Shown here in pieces: positions 51,118-62,823 of a stretch of DNA of 64,000 nt (positions within the stretch are counted from its first letter, which is position 1; each line of letters begins with the position of its first letter). The DNA comes from Mizuhopecten yessoensis (Eukaryota): assembly GCF_002113885.1 (NCBI RefSeq), contig NW_018406412.1, forward strand, positions 126,899 to 190,898. Direction: 5' to 3'. The translations under genes and the position numbers were made by a program. The notes under the pieces are model-generated. The model searched no databases. It had not been told where the DNA came from and saw nothing but the letters and a program-made list of their open reading frames with translations.

Positions 51118-54100
51118 CCCAACACTTCGAAAGGATACAAGTAGGAGAAATGTGTTGCTATCACAACAATGTGATTTTGAAACATTGATATCTCGTTGGC
51201 GAGACTGTGATGATGTAATGTTGCCAACTCTTGTTTTCATACTTATGATATGACAAATACCTACAATAACAAAAACTTAGCTGTTGAGGCCAACCAACAC
51301 TACAAAAGAATACTCTGCTCCTGGTCGCTCGACAGTGGCAAGACAAGAAAACTCCTGACTGAGTGTAGAATTCACTTTTGAAGTAGGACTGCGCAAAAAC
51401 AACAGGAATGACTGCAATTGTGATGGAAACAAAACACACGAACCCTAAGCTAATGTAATCAGTATAGGAAGTCCATTGAAGGTATTATCGCGAAGAACAG
51501 CTATTTTATTGTGTAATAGATGGAGGGATTCAAGTACAGACAGTCCACTGAAGGTATTATCGTGAAGAAGCTGTATTTGATTGTGTGATAGATGGAAGGT
51601 TTCAAGTACAGAAAGTCCCCTGAAGGTATTATCGCGAAGAACAGCTATTTGATCATGTAATGGATGGAGGGATTCAAGTACAGACAGTCCACTGTGTGAT
51701 AGATGGAGGGTTTCAAGTACAGACAGTTCACTGAAGGAATTATCACGAAGAACCTATATTTGGTTGTGTGATAGTGGAGGGATTCAAGTACACACAGTCC
51801 ACTGACGGTATTATCACGAAGAACATGTATTTGGTTGTGTGATTGATGGAGGGTTTCAAGTACAGACAGGGCACTGAAGATATTATCGTGAAAGTATTAT
51901 CGCGAAGAACAGCAATTTGATCGTGTGATAGATTGAGGGTAGATGGAGGGTTTCAGGTACAGACAGTCCAGAGCATGCATTATCGCGAAGAACCTGCATT
52001 TGGTTGTGTGATAGTGGAGGGAGTCAAGTACAGACAGTCCGCTGAAGGCATTATCGCGAAGAACAGCTATTTTATTGTGTAATAGATGGAGGGATTCAAT
52101 TACAGACATCCACTGAAACTGAATGTATTGCCGCGAAGAACATCAATTTGATCATGTGATAGATGGATGGATTCAAATACAGACAGTTAGTACAGACAGT
52201 CCACTCAAGGTATTATATCATGTGATAGATGGATGGATTCAAATACAGACAGTTAGTACAGACAGTCCACTGCAGGTACTATTGTGTGATAGATGGAAGG
52301 TTTCAGGTACAGAAAGTCCACTGATGGTATTATCGCGAAGAAACCCCCTTTGATCGTGTGATAGATGGAGGGGTTCAAGTACAGACAGTTCACTGAAGTT
52401 ATTATCACGAAGAACCTATATTTGGTTGTGTGATAGATGGTGCGCTTTAAGTTCAGACAGCGCAACACAGCTATTTGATTGTGCGATAGATGGAGGGATT
52501 CAAGGACAGAAAGTCCATTGAAGGTATTATCGCGAACAACAGATATCTGATTGTGTGATAGATGGACGGATTTAAGTACAGACAGTGCCCTGAAGATATT
52601 ATCGCGAAAAACCTGTATTTGGTTGTTTGATAGATGGAGGGTTTCAGGTACAGACAGTCCACAGCATGTATTATCGCGAATAACCTGTATTTGGTTGTTT
52701 GATAGATGGAGGGTTTCAGTTACAGACAGTCCAGAGCATTTATTATCGCGAAGAACCTGCATTTGGTTGTGTGATAGTGGAGGGAGTCAAGTACAGACAG
52801 TCCGCTGAAGGTATTATCGCGTAGAACCTGTATAGACAGTTCACTGAAGGAATTATCACGAAGAACCTATATTTGGTTGTGTGATAGTGGAGGGAGTCAA
52901 GTACAGACAGTCCCCTGTAGGTATTATCGCAAAGAACAGCTATTTGATCGTGTAATGGATGGAGGGATTCAAGTAAAGACAGTCCGCTGAAGGTATTATC
53001 GCGAACAACAGCTATTTGATTGTATGATAGATGGAGGGATTTAAGTACAGACAGTGCACTGAAGATATTATCGTGAAGAAGTTGTATTTGAGTGTGTGAT
53101 AGATGCAGAGATTCAAGTACAGACAGTTCACTGAAGGAATTATCACGAAGAACCTATATTTGGTTGTGTGATAGATGGTGCGCTTTAAGTTCAGACAGCG
53201 CAACACAGCTATTTGATTGTGCGATAGATGGAGGGATTCAAGTAAAGACAGTCCGCTGAAGGCATTATCGCGAAGAACAGATATCTGATCGTGTGATAGA
53301 TGGAGGGGTTCAAGTACAGACAGTTCGCTGAAGGCATTATCGCGAAGAACCTGCATTTGGTTGTGTGATAGTGGAGGGATTCAAGTACAAACAGTCCATT
53401 GGATGAATAATCACGAAGAACAGCTATTTGCTCATGTAATGGATAAAGGGATTCAAGTACAGAGAGTCCACTGTAGGTATTATCGCAAAGAACAGCTATT
53501 TGATAGTGTGATAGATGGAGGGTTTCAAGTACAGACAGTTCACTGAAGTTATTATCACGAAGAACCGCTATCTGATTGTGTGATAGATGGACGGATTTAA
53601 GTACAGACAGTGCACTGAAGGTATTATCACGAAGAAGCTGTATTTGGTTGTGTGATAGTGGAGGGATTCAAGTACAAACAGTCCATTGGTGGTATTATCA
53701 CGAAGAAGTTGTATTTGAGTGTGTGATAGATGCAGAGATTCAAGTACACACAGTCCACTGACGGTATTATCACGAAGAACATGTATTTGGTTGTGTGAGG
53801 TGGGGAGGGTTTCAAGTACTGACAGTCTACTGAAGGTATTATCGCGTAGAACCTGTATAGACAGTTCACTGAAGGTTTTATCACGAAGAACCTGTATTTG
53901 GTTGTGTGATAGATGGAGGGTTTCAGGTACAGACAGTCCAGAGCATGTATTATCGCGAAGAACCTGTATTTGGTTGTGTGATAGATGGAGGGTTTCAAGT
54001 ACTGACAGTCCACTGAAGGTATTATCGCGAAGAACAGCTATTTGATCGTGTGATAGATGGAGGGATTTAAGTACAGACAGTGCACTGAAGATATTATCGC

Positions 54101-57100
54101 GAAAAACCTGTATTTGGTTGTGTGATAGATAGAGGGTTTCAAGAACAGACAGTCCACTGAAGGTATTATCGCGAAAAACCTGTATTTGGTTGTGTGATAG
54201 ATGGAGAGATTCAAGTACAGACAGTCCACTGAAGGCATTTTTGCGAAGATGCTGTATTTGATTGTGTGATAGATGGAGAGATTCAAGTACAGACAGTCCA
54301 CTGAATGTATTGTCGCGAAGAACAGCTATTTGATCGTGTGATAGTTGGAGGGATTCAAGTACAGACAGTCCACTGAATGTATTATCGCGAAGAACAGATA
54401 TCTGATTGTGTGATAGATGGAGGGATTCAATTACAGACATCCACTGAAGGTATAATCGCGAAAAACTGCTATTTGATCGTGTGATAGATGGAGGGATTCA
54501 AGTACAGACAGTCCACTGAAGGTATTATCACGAAGAACAGCTATTTGATAGTGTGATAGTTGGAGGGATTCAAGTACAGACAGTGAACTGAAGGGAAGAA
54601 CAGATATCTGATTGTGGGATAGATGGAGAGATTCAAGTACAGAAAGTCCACTGGAGGTATTATCACGAAGAACAGCTATTTGATCGTGTGATAGATGGAG
54701 GGCTTCAAGTACAGACAGTCCACTGAAGGATTTAACGCGAAGAACAGCTATTTTATTGTGTGATAGATGGAGGGTTTCAAGTACAGAGAGTCCACTGGAG
54801 GTATTATCACGAAGAACAGCTATTTGATTGTGTGATAGATGGAGGGTTTCAAATACAGACAGTGCACTGAAGGTATTATCGCGAAGAACAGCTATTTGAT
54901 TGTGTGATAGATAGAGGGATTCAAGTACAGACAGTCCACTGGAGGTATTATCGCGAAGAACAGCTATTTTATTGTGTGATAGATGGAGGGTTTCAAGTAC
55001 AGACAGTCCACTGGAGGTATTATCGCGAAGAACAGCTATTTGATCGTGTGATAGATGGAGGGATTCAAGTACAGACATTCCACTGAAGGTTTTATCGCGA
55101 AGAACCTGTATTTGGTTGTGTGATAGATGGAGGGATTTAAGTTCAGACAGTCCACTGAAGGTATTATCGCGAGGAACAGTTATTTGATCATGTAATTTAT
55201 TGAGGGAATCAAGTACAGACATTCCACTGAAGGTATTATCACGAAGAACAGCTATTTGATTGTGTGATAGATGGAAGGATTCAAGTACAGACATTCCACT
55301 GAAGGTATTATCGCGAAGAACCTGTATTTGGTTGTGTGATAGATGGTGGGATTTAAGTTCAGACAGTGCACTGAAGGTATTATCGCGAGGAACAGTTATT
55401 TGATCATGTCATTTATGGAGGGATGCAAGTACAGACAGTGCACTGAAGATATTATCGTGAAAAAGCTGTATTTTATTGTGTGATAGATGGAAGGTTTCAA
55501 GTACAGAAAGTCCACTGAAGGTATTATCGCGTAGAACCTGTATTTGGTTGTTTGATAGATGGAGGGTTTCAAGTACAGACAGTCCACTGCAAGTACTATT
55601 GCGAAGAAGCTGTATTTGGTTGTGTGATAGATGGAGGGATTCAAGTACAGACAGTCCACTGAAGGTATTATCGCGAAGAACAGCTATTTGATCGTGTGAT
55701 AGATTGAGGGATGCAAGTACCGACCTCCACTGAAGGTATTATCGCGAAGAACCTATATTTTGTTGTGTAATAGATAGAGGGTTTCAAGTACAGACAGTCC
55801 ACTGAAGGTATTATCGCGGAGATGCTGTATTTGATTGTGTGATAGATGGAGAGATTCAAGTACACACAGTCCACTGAAGGTATTATCACGATGAACAGCG
55901 ATTTGATTATGTGATAGATGGAGGGATTCAAGTACAGACAGTCCGCTGAAGGTATTATCGCGAAGAACATAGATTGAGGGATGCAAGTACCGACCTCCAC
56001 TGAAGGAATTATCGCGAAGATGCTGTATTTGATTGTGTGATAGATGGAGTGATTTAAGTACAGACAGTCCACTAAAGGTATTATCGCGAGGAACAGTTAT
56101 TTGATCATGTAATTTATTGAGGGATTCAAGTACAAACAGTCCATTGAAGGTATTATCACGAAGAACAGCTATTTGATTGTGTGATAGATGGAGGGATGCA
56201 AGTACAGACATCCACTGAAGGTATTTTCGCAAAGAACAGCTATTTGATCGTGTGATAGATGAAGAGATTCAAGTACAGACAGTCCACTGGAGGTATTATC
56301 ACGAAGAAGCTGTATTTGATCGTGTATTAGATGGAGGGATTCAAGTACAGACAGTGAACTGAAGGTATTATCTCGAAGAACAGCTATTTGATCGTGTGAT
56401 AGATGGAGGGATTCAATTACAGACAGTGCACTGAAGATATTATCGTGAAAAAACTGTATTTGATTGTGTGATAGATGGAAGGTTTCAAGTACAGAAAGTC
56501 CACTGAAAGGTATTATTGTGAAGAAGCTGTATTTGGTTGTGTGATAGATGGAGGGATTCAAGTACAGACAGTCCACTGAAGGTATTATCGCGAAGAACAG
56601 CTATTTGATCGTGTGATAGATTGAGGGATGTAAGTACCGACCTCCACTGAAGGTATTATCGCGAAGAACCTGTATTTTGTTGTGTGATAGATAGAGGGTT
56701 TCAAGTACAGACAGTCCACTGAAGGTATTATCGCGAAGAACCTGTATTTGGTTGTGTGATAGATGGAGGGTTTCAAGTACAGACAGTCCACTGAAGGTAT
56801 TATCGCGAAGATGCTGTATTTGATTGTGTGATAGATGGAGTGATTCAAGTACAGACAGTCCACTGAAGGTATTATCACGAAGAAGCTGTATTTGTTTGTG
56901 TGATAGATGGAGAGATTCAAGTACAGACAGTCCACTGAAGGATTTAACGCGAAGAACAGCTATTTGATTGTGTGATAGATGGAGGGTTTCAAGTACATAC
57001 ATTGTACTGAAGGTATTATCGTGAAGAAGCTGTATTTGGTTGTGTGATAGATGGAGGGTTTCAAGTACAGACATTCCACTGAAGGTATTATCACGAAGAA

Positions 57101-60100
57101 CAGCTATTAGATCGTGTGATAGATGGAGGGATTCAAGTACAGACATTCAACTGAAGGTATTATCACGAAGAACAGCTATTTGATTGTGTGATAGATGGAG
57201 GGATTCAAGTACAGACATCCACTGAAGGTATTATCGCGAAGAACAGCTATTTGATCGTGTGATAGATGGAGGGTTTCAAGTACAGACAGGTCACTGCAGG
57301 TACTATTGCGAAGAAGCTGTATTTGGTTGTGTGATAGATGGAGGGATTCAAGTACAGACAGTCCACTGAATGTATTATCGCGAAGAACAGCTATTTGATT
57401 GTGTGATAGATGGAGGGATTCAAGTACAGACAACCACTGAAGGTATTATCGCGAAGAACAGCTATTTGATCGTGTGATAGATGGAGGGATTTAAGTACAG
57501 ACATCCACTGAAGGTATTATCGCGAAGAACAGCTATTTGATCGTGTGATAGATGGAGGGTTTCAAGTACAGACAGGTCACTGCAGGTACTATTGCGAAGA
57601 AGCTGTATTTGGTTGTGTGATAGATGGAGGGATTCAAGTACAGACAGTCCACTGAATGTATTATCGCGAAGAACAGCTATTTGATTGTGTGATAGATGGA
57701 GGGATTCAAGTACAGACATCCACTGAAGGTATTATCGCGAAGAACAGCTATTTGATCGTGTGATAGATGGAGGGTTTCAAGTACAGACAGGTCACTGCAG
57801 GTACTATTGCGAAGAAGCTGTATTTGGTTGTGTGATAGATGGAGGGATTCAAGTACAGACAGTCCACTGAATGTATTATCGCGAAGAACAGCTATTTGAT
57901 TGTGTGATAGATGGAGGGATTCAAGTACAGACATCCACTGAAGGTATTATCGCGAAGAACAGCTATTTGATTGTGTGATAGATGGAGGGATTCAAGTACA
58001 GACATCCACTGAAGGTATTATCGCGAAGAACAGCTATTTGATCGTGTGATAGATGGAGGGTTTCAAGTACAGACAGGTCACTGCAGGTACTATTGCGAAG
58101 AAGCTGTATTTGGTTGTGTGATAGATGGAGGGATTCAAGTACAGACAGTCCACTGAATGTATTATCGCGAAGAACAGCTATCTGATTGTGTGATAGATGG
58201 AGGGATTCAAGTACAGACATCCACTGAAGGTATAATCGCGAAGAACTGCTATTTGGTCATGTGATAGATGGAGGGATTCAAGTACAGACAGTCCGCTGAA
58301 GGTATTATCGCGAAGAACAGCTATTTGATCGTGTGATAGATGGAGGGTTTCAAGTACAGACAGTCCACTGCAGGTACTATTGCGAAGAAGCTGTATTTGG
58401 TTGTGTGATAGATGGAGGGATTCAAGTACAGACAGTCCACTGAATGTATTGTCGCGAAGAACAGCTATTTGATCATGTGATAGATGGAGGGATTCAAGTA
58501 CAGACATCCACTGAAGGTATTATCGCGAAGAACAGCGATTTGATTTTGTGATAGATGGAGGGTTTCAAGTACAGACAGGTCACTGCAGGTACTATAGCGA
58601 AGAAGCTGTATTTGGTTGTGTGATAGATGGAGGGATTCAAGTACAGACAGTCCACTGAATGTATTGTCGCGAAGAACAGCTATTTGATCATGTGATAGAT
58701 GGAGGGATTCAAGTACAGACATCCACTGAAGGTATTATCGCGAAGAACAGCGATTTGATTTTGTGATAGATGGAGGGTTTCAAGTACAGACAGGTCACTG
58801 CAGGTACTATAGCGAAGAAGCTGTATTTGGTTGTGTGATAGATGGAGGGATTCAAGTACAAACAGTCCACTGAATGTATTATCGCGAAGAACAGATATCT
58901 GATTGTGTGATAGATGGAGGGATTCAAGTACAGACATCCACTGAAGGTATAATCGCGAAGAACTGCTATTTGATCGTGTGATAGATGGAGGGATTCAAAT
59001 ACAGACAGTTCGCTGAAGGTATAATCGCGAAGAACAGCTATTTGCTCGTGTGATAGATGGAGGGTTTCAAGTACAGACAGTCCACTGCAGGTACTATTGC
59101 GAAGAAGCTGTATTTGGTTGTGTGATAGATGGAGGGATTCAAGTACAGACAGTCCACTGAATGTATTGTCGCGAAGAACAGCTATTTGATCATGTGATAG
59201 ATGGAGTGATTCAAGTACAGACAGTCCACTGAAGGTATTATCACGATGAACAGCGATTTGATTATGTGATAGATGGAGGGATTCAAGTACAGACAGTCCA
59301 CTGAAAGTATAATCACGAAGAACTGCTATTTGGTCATGTGATAAATAGAGGGATTCAAGTACAGACAGTCCGCTGAAGGTATTATCGCGAAGAACTGCTA
59401 TTTGGTCATGTGATAGATGGAGGGATTCAAGTACAGACAGTCCGCTGAAGGCATTATCGCGAGGAACAGCTATTTGATCGTGTGATAGATGGAGGGTTTC
59501 AAGTACAGACAGTCCACTGCAGGTACTATTGCGAAGAAGCTGTATTTGGTTGTGTGATAGATGGAGGGATTCAAGTACAGACAGTCCACTGAATGTATTG
59601 TCGCGAAGAACAGCTATTTGATCATGTGATAGATGGAGGGATTCAAGTACAGACATCCACTGAAGGTATAATCGCGAAGAACTGCTATTTGGTCATGTGA
59701 TAGATGGAGGGATTCAAGTACAGACAGTCCGCTGAAGGCATTATCGCGAAGAACAGCTATTTGATCGTGTGATAGATGGAGGGTTTCAAGTGCAGACAGT
59801 CCACTGCAGGTACTATTGCGAAGAAGCTGTATTTGGTCATGTGATAGATGGAGGGATTCAAGTACAGACAGTCCGCTGAAGGCATTATCGCGAGGAACAG
59901 CTATTTGATCGTGTGATAGATGGAGGGTTTCAAGTACAGACAGTCCACTGCAGGTACTATTGCGAAGAAGCTGTATTTGGTTGTGTGATAGATGGAGGGA
60001 TTCAAGTACAGACAGTCCACTGAATGTATTGTCGCGAAGAACAGCTATTTGATCATGTGATAGATGGAGGGATTCAAGTACAGACATCCACTGAAGGTAT

Positions 60101-61166
60101 AATCGCGAAGAACTGCTATTTGGTCATGTGATAGATGGAGGGATTCAAGTACAGACAGTCCGCTGAAGGCATTATCGCGAAGAACAGCTATTTGATCGTG
60201 TGATAGATGGAGGGTTTCAAGTGCAGACAGTCCACTGCAGGTACTATTGCGAAGAAGCTGTATTTGGTTGTGTGATAGATGGAGGGATTCAAGTACAGAC
60301 AGTCCACTGAATGTATTGTCGCGAAGAACAGCTATTTGATCATGTGATAGATGGAGGGATTCAAGTACAGACATCCACTGAAGGTATTATCGCGAAGAAC
60401 AGCGATTTGATTATGTGATAGATGGAGGGATTCAAGTACAGACAGTCCACTGAAAGTATAATCACGAAGAACTGCTATTTGGGCATGTGATAAATAGAGG
60501 GATTCAAGTACAGACAGTCCGCTGAAGGTATTATCGTGAAGAACAGCTATTTGATTGTGTGATAGATGGAGGGTTCTAAGTACTGACAGTCCACTGAAGG
60601 TATTATCGCGAAGAAGCTGTATTTGGTTGTGTGATAGATGGAGGGATTCAAGTACAGACAGTCCACTGCCGGTATTATTGCGAAGAACATCGTGTGATAG
60701 ACCGATGCCTCTAGCGTAGACTGTCCTCCTAAAAACATTATCATGAAGAACAGGTAAAAGATTTTGTGATAGACAGAGAAACGTTAGTACAGACAGTTCA
60801 CTAAAGAAGGTATCGGTATAGGATACATCTTGAAACTTGAGGGGTTATATAATCCAGTGATAACATTATCAGCCACGGTAGACATATCTGTTATTACTAG
60901 ATAACTGATGCAGAACAAGTGCGAAAAGTCCCGGAAACGTGAATACACCGGTTAAGTAACGATTGAAATGTTCTCGAAAGGACAGTAAAGCGTACAGAAG
61001 TCAGTTGACTGTTGCTGTAGTTGATCGTTAAACCAATACACATACAAAACTATTAACCGGTCTTGGCACACGACGACTCATCGTAACTAGAGCCAAGGCA
61101 TTGGATGACTCCCTCACAAACTGGTGATATCGGAATGTTGTAACCCTCCTCAGATTGGCAGTAACT
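51118..61166 (-). pseudogene. Decayed GRL101/RXFP-like (type C LGR) receptor: LDLa - LRRNT - massively expanded LRR - (hinge/TM1-3 deleted) - TM4-TM6
   Basis: Manual minus-strand translation. 61163-61068 YCQSEEGYNIPISPVCEGVIQCLGSSYDESSC (LDLa-like), then in frame ..G**FCMCIGLTINYSNSQLTSVR (LRRNT-like), divergent LRRs and the array. 51439-51118 reads VCFVSITIAVIPVVFAQSYFKSEFYTQSGVFL / LPL / ERPGAEYSFVVLVGLNS*VFVIVGICHII..SRQRDINVSK / NHIVVIATHFSYLYPFEVLG, with frameshifts at the slashes. Confidence 0.8.
51471..60810 (-). repeat. 72-bp tandem array encoding 24-aa typical-class LRRs (LSVLESLHLSHNQIAVLRDNTFSG), ~125-130 units
   Basis: Fits LxxLxxLxLxxNxIxxLxxxxFxx. Open stretches at 53568-54440, 54431-55294 and 58709-59656 are broken by recurrent 1-bp indels. 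Confidence 0.95.
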
Positions 61167-61324
61167 GGTCCCAATGACGTGCGCCTATTAGTTTAAATGC
61201 GGAAACGTGTAATTAGATCGTTTGTACTTTGGATCCTGTTGATAGTCTGGTGAGTATAAATTTGTTACATTGTTTTGAAGGTCTTTTCTATGACCAGCCA
61301 CTGAAACAATACAGGGATAGCAAA

Positions 61325-61571
61325 ATGTGGCCACTTTGTATTTTCCTCTTCGTGGTAGTGCTGTCACAAAGTATTAACCGTGATGCCGTGAATGATGCTT
61401 TGGTAGAGCAAAGAATATTGGAAAATATTCGACCAATATTGGACGTATATGTGTCAGATAGACTGGAGCGAAACCAAAACGTGATTGAAAAACTTCAGCA
61501 AAGAATCGGTCATTTAGAAAATCGATATGAAGAAAGGATAAACTTGTTGGAAACCTACAAGAGCACAAAAG
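61325..61571 (+). CDS. First coding exon of a secreted protein (signal peptide plus coiled coil)
   Basis: ATG in AAAATGT context. MWPLCIFLFVVVLSQS is signal-peptide-like, and LERNQNVIEKLQQRIGHLENRYEERINLLE is heptad-like. Donor AG|GTAAC after 61571 (phase 1). Confidence 0.75.
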
Positions 61572-61720
61572 GTAACGCATATTTAACATGTATATGTTAT
61601 AAATCGGAATGCATGTACTAGGTAAATTGGGGAACATGGGTATAATCTGACTTAAAGAACACGCTCTTCACTTTGATGACAATAACATTCTAGGAACATT
61701 TCTCTCTGGGATGCTATAAA

Positions 61721-61960
61721 GGTTGTCGGGTGGTGTAGTGGATAGCACATTTGCCTTTCACCAAGGCGGCCGTGGTTTGATTCCCCGATCGGACGTGAAA
61801 AGGTGTAGGGTCACCTGCCCGACCACTTGGGTTTTCTCCGGGTACTCCGGTTTCCTCTTACACTAAGACCCCATGCGCGCTAACGTCCGGGCCAACAAGA
61901 GTGATTAATATAAGTTGAAATAACTTTTTTCATAATTGTTACAGACAATAAATAAAGTTA
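61721..61960 (+). mobile_element. V-domain-like SINE, full length, intronic
   Basis: A box TGGTGTAGTGG, B box GGTTTGATTCCC, core GGGTTTTCTCCGGGTACTCCGGTTTCCTC and AATAAATAAAGTT tail. Confidence 0.85.
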
Positions 61961-62180
61961 GAAAACATTCTAGGAAGGCTTATAGCATATTGTTGTATAA
62001 TGTGATCAGTAAAGCAGGTTTACTACAAGCACTCTTATCGATTCATTATAAATAAGGCATAATTGTGTAATTAACGTGACATTACTTAAGTTTTCAAACG
62101 AATACATTTTGCTTATAACGAGCTTATATGTTTTCACTTGTTTCATTATAGAACCACTTTTACCCACAACCACTTGTGTA

Positions 62181-62570
62181 TACTGTATACCGGGGAATTT
62201 TAGCCGCAGTGTAACTTTCACCTCTTTCGCCTTCCGATCTGAGGGCGAATTTAACATGACGGCGAAAGTTAGAATAAGAATTATGTATACGACGGCAAAT
62301 GTTTTGTCACTATTTCGTCTACACTGAGGCTTAACTCGGGTATTGTACTGGGCCTACTTGTATAAAACATCTCAAATCTTGAGATTTCCTCAAATCTAAG
62401 ATTTCCCATCGACAATACATTGCTTGAGATTTTCCTTAACTTTCAGATGTTTTATACAAGTGGTCCCTGTACTGTACTGCGGTGTAGGGATAATTTAACA
62501 CTGGACAAATAATGACTGTGCCGATGAAGGATGAAAGTTAAACGGGGCGAAAGTTTCCAGGTATACAGTA
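62181..62570. mobile_element. TA-flanked MITE carrying a nested Harbinger-like MITE (62351-62466)
   Basis: Outer TIRs TACTGTATACCGGGGAATTT / AAAGTTTCCAGGTATACAGTA. Inner element CTG|GGCCTACTTGTATAAAACATCT ... AGATGTTTTATACAAGTGGTCC|CTG. Confidence 0.7.
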
Positions 62571-62748
62571 TATAGTTCATAGCAATCGAATGTTTTCCGA
62601 TATAATATCTGAGCGTTCTGTGGAAAAAAGGTCCCCAAACTTGTGATGGTTGATTATCATGTGTATCTACATTGTAACTCTCGTTTTATATACCGATTAT
62701 TTTCAAGTATGCCACATTGTTCTAATATACACTTTTACCTGCTGACAG

Positions 62749-62823
62749 CTGACGAAGGACCTGTGTTTACCAGATGGGGTAGAATCGACTGCCCCGTTAA
62801 CACAACAACTATGGTATATTCAG
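62749..62823 (+). CDS. Second coding exon: start of a short-chain-collagen-C4-like domain; the gene continues beyond the window
   Basis: Acceptor TTTTACCTGCTGACAG| and donor CAG|GTAAG; 75 nt, phase 1-1, compatible with exon 1. Encodes (A)DEGPVFTRWGRIDCPVNTTTMVYSG, matching the [YF]xRWGxxxCP...VYxG signature. Confidence 0.8.

Noticed and set aside
51471-60810. Intact giant LRR, Toll-like or VLR gene
   Set aside because: Recurrent frameshifts, stops in the N-terminal cap, and no signal peptide, LRRCT or TIR. The flanks indicate a decayed LGR.
61229-61621. 130-aa ORF as given in the track
   Set aside because: It starts at TTG and reads through a splice donor. The supported exon is 61325-61571.
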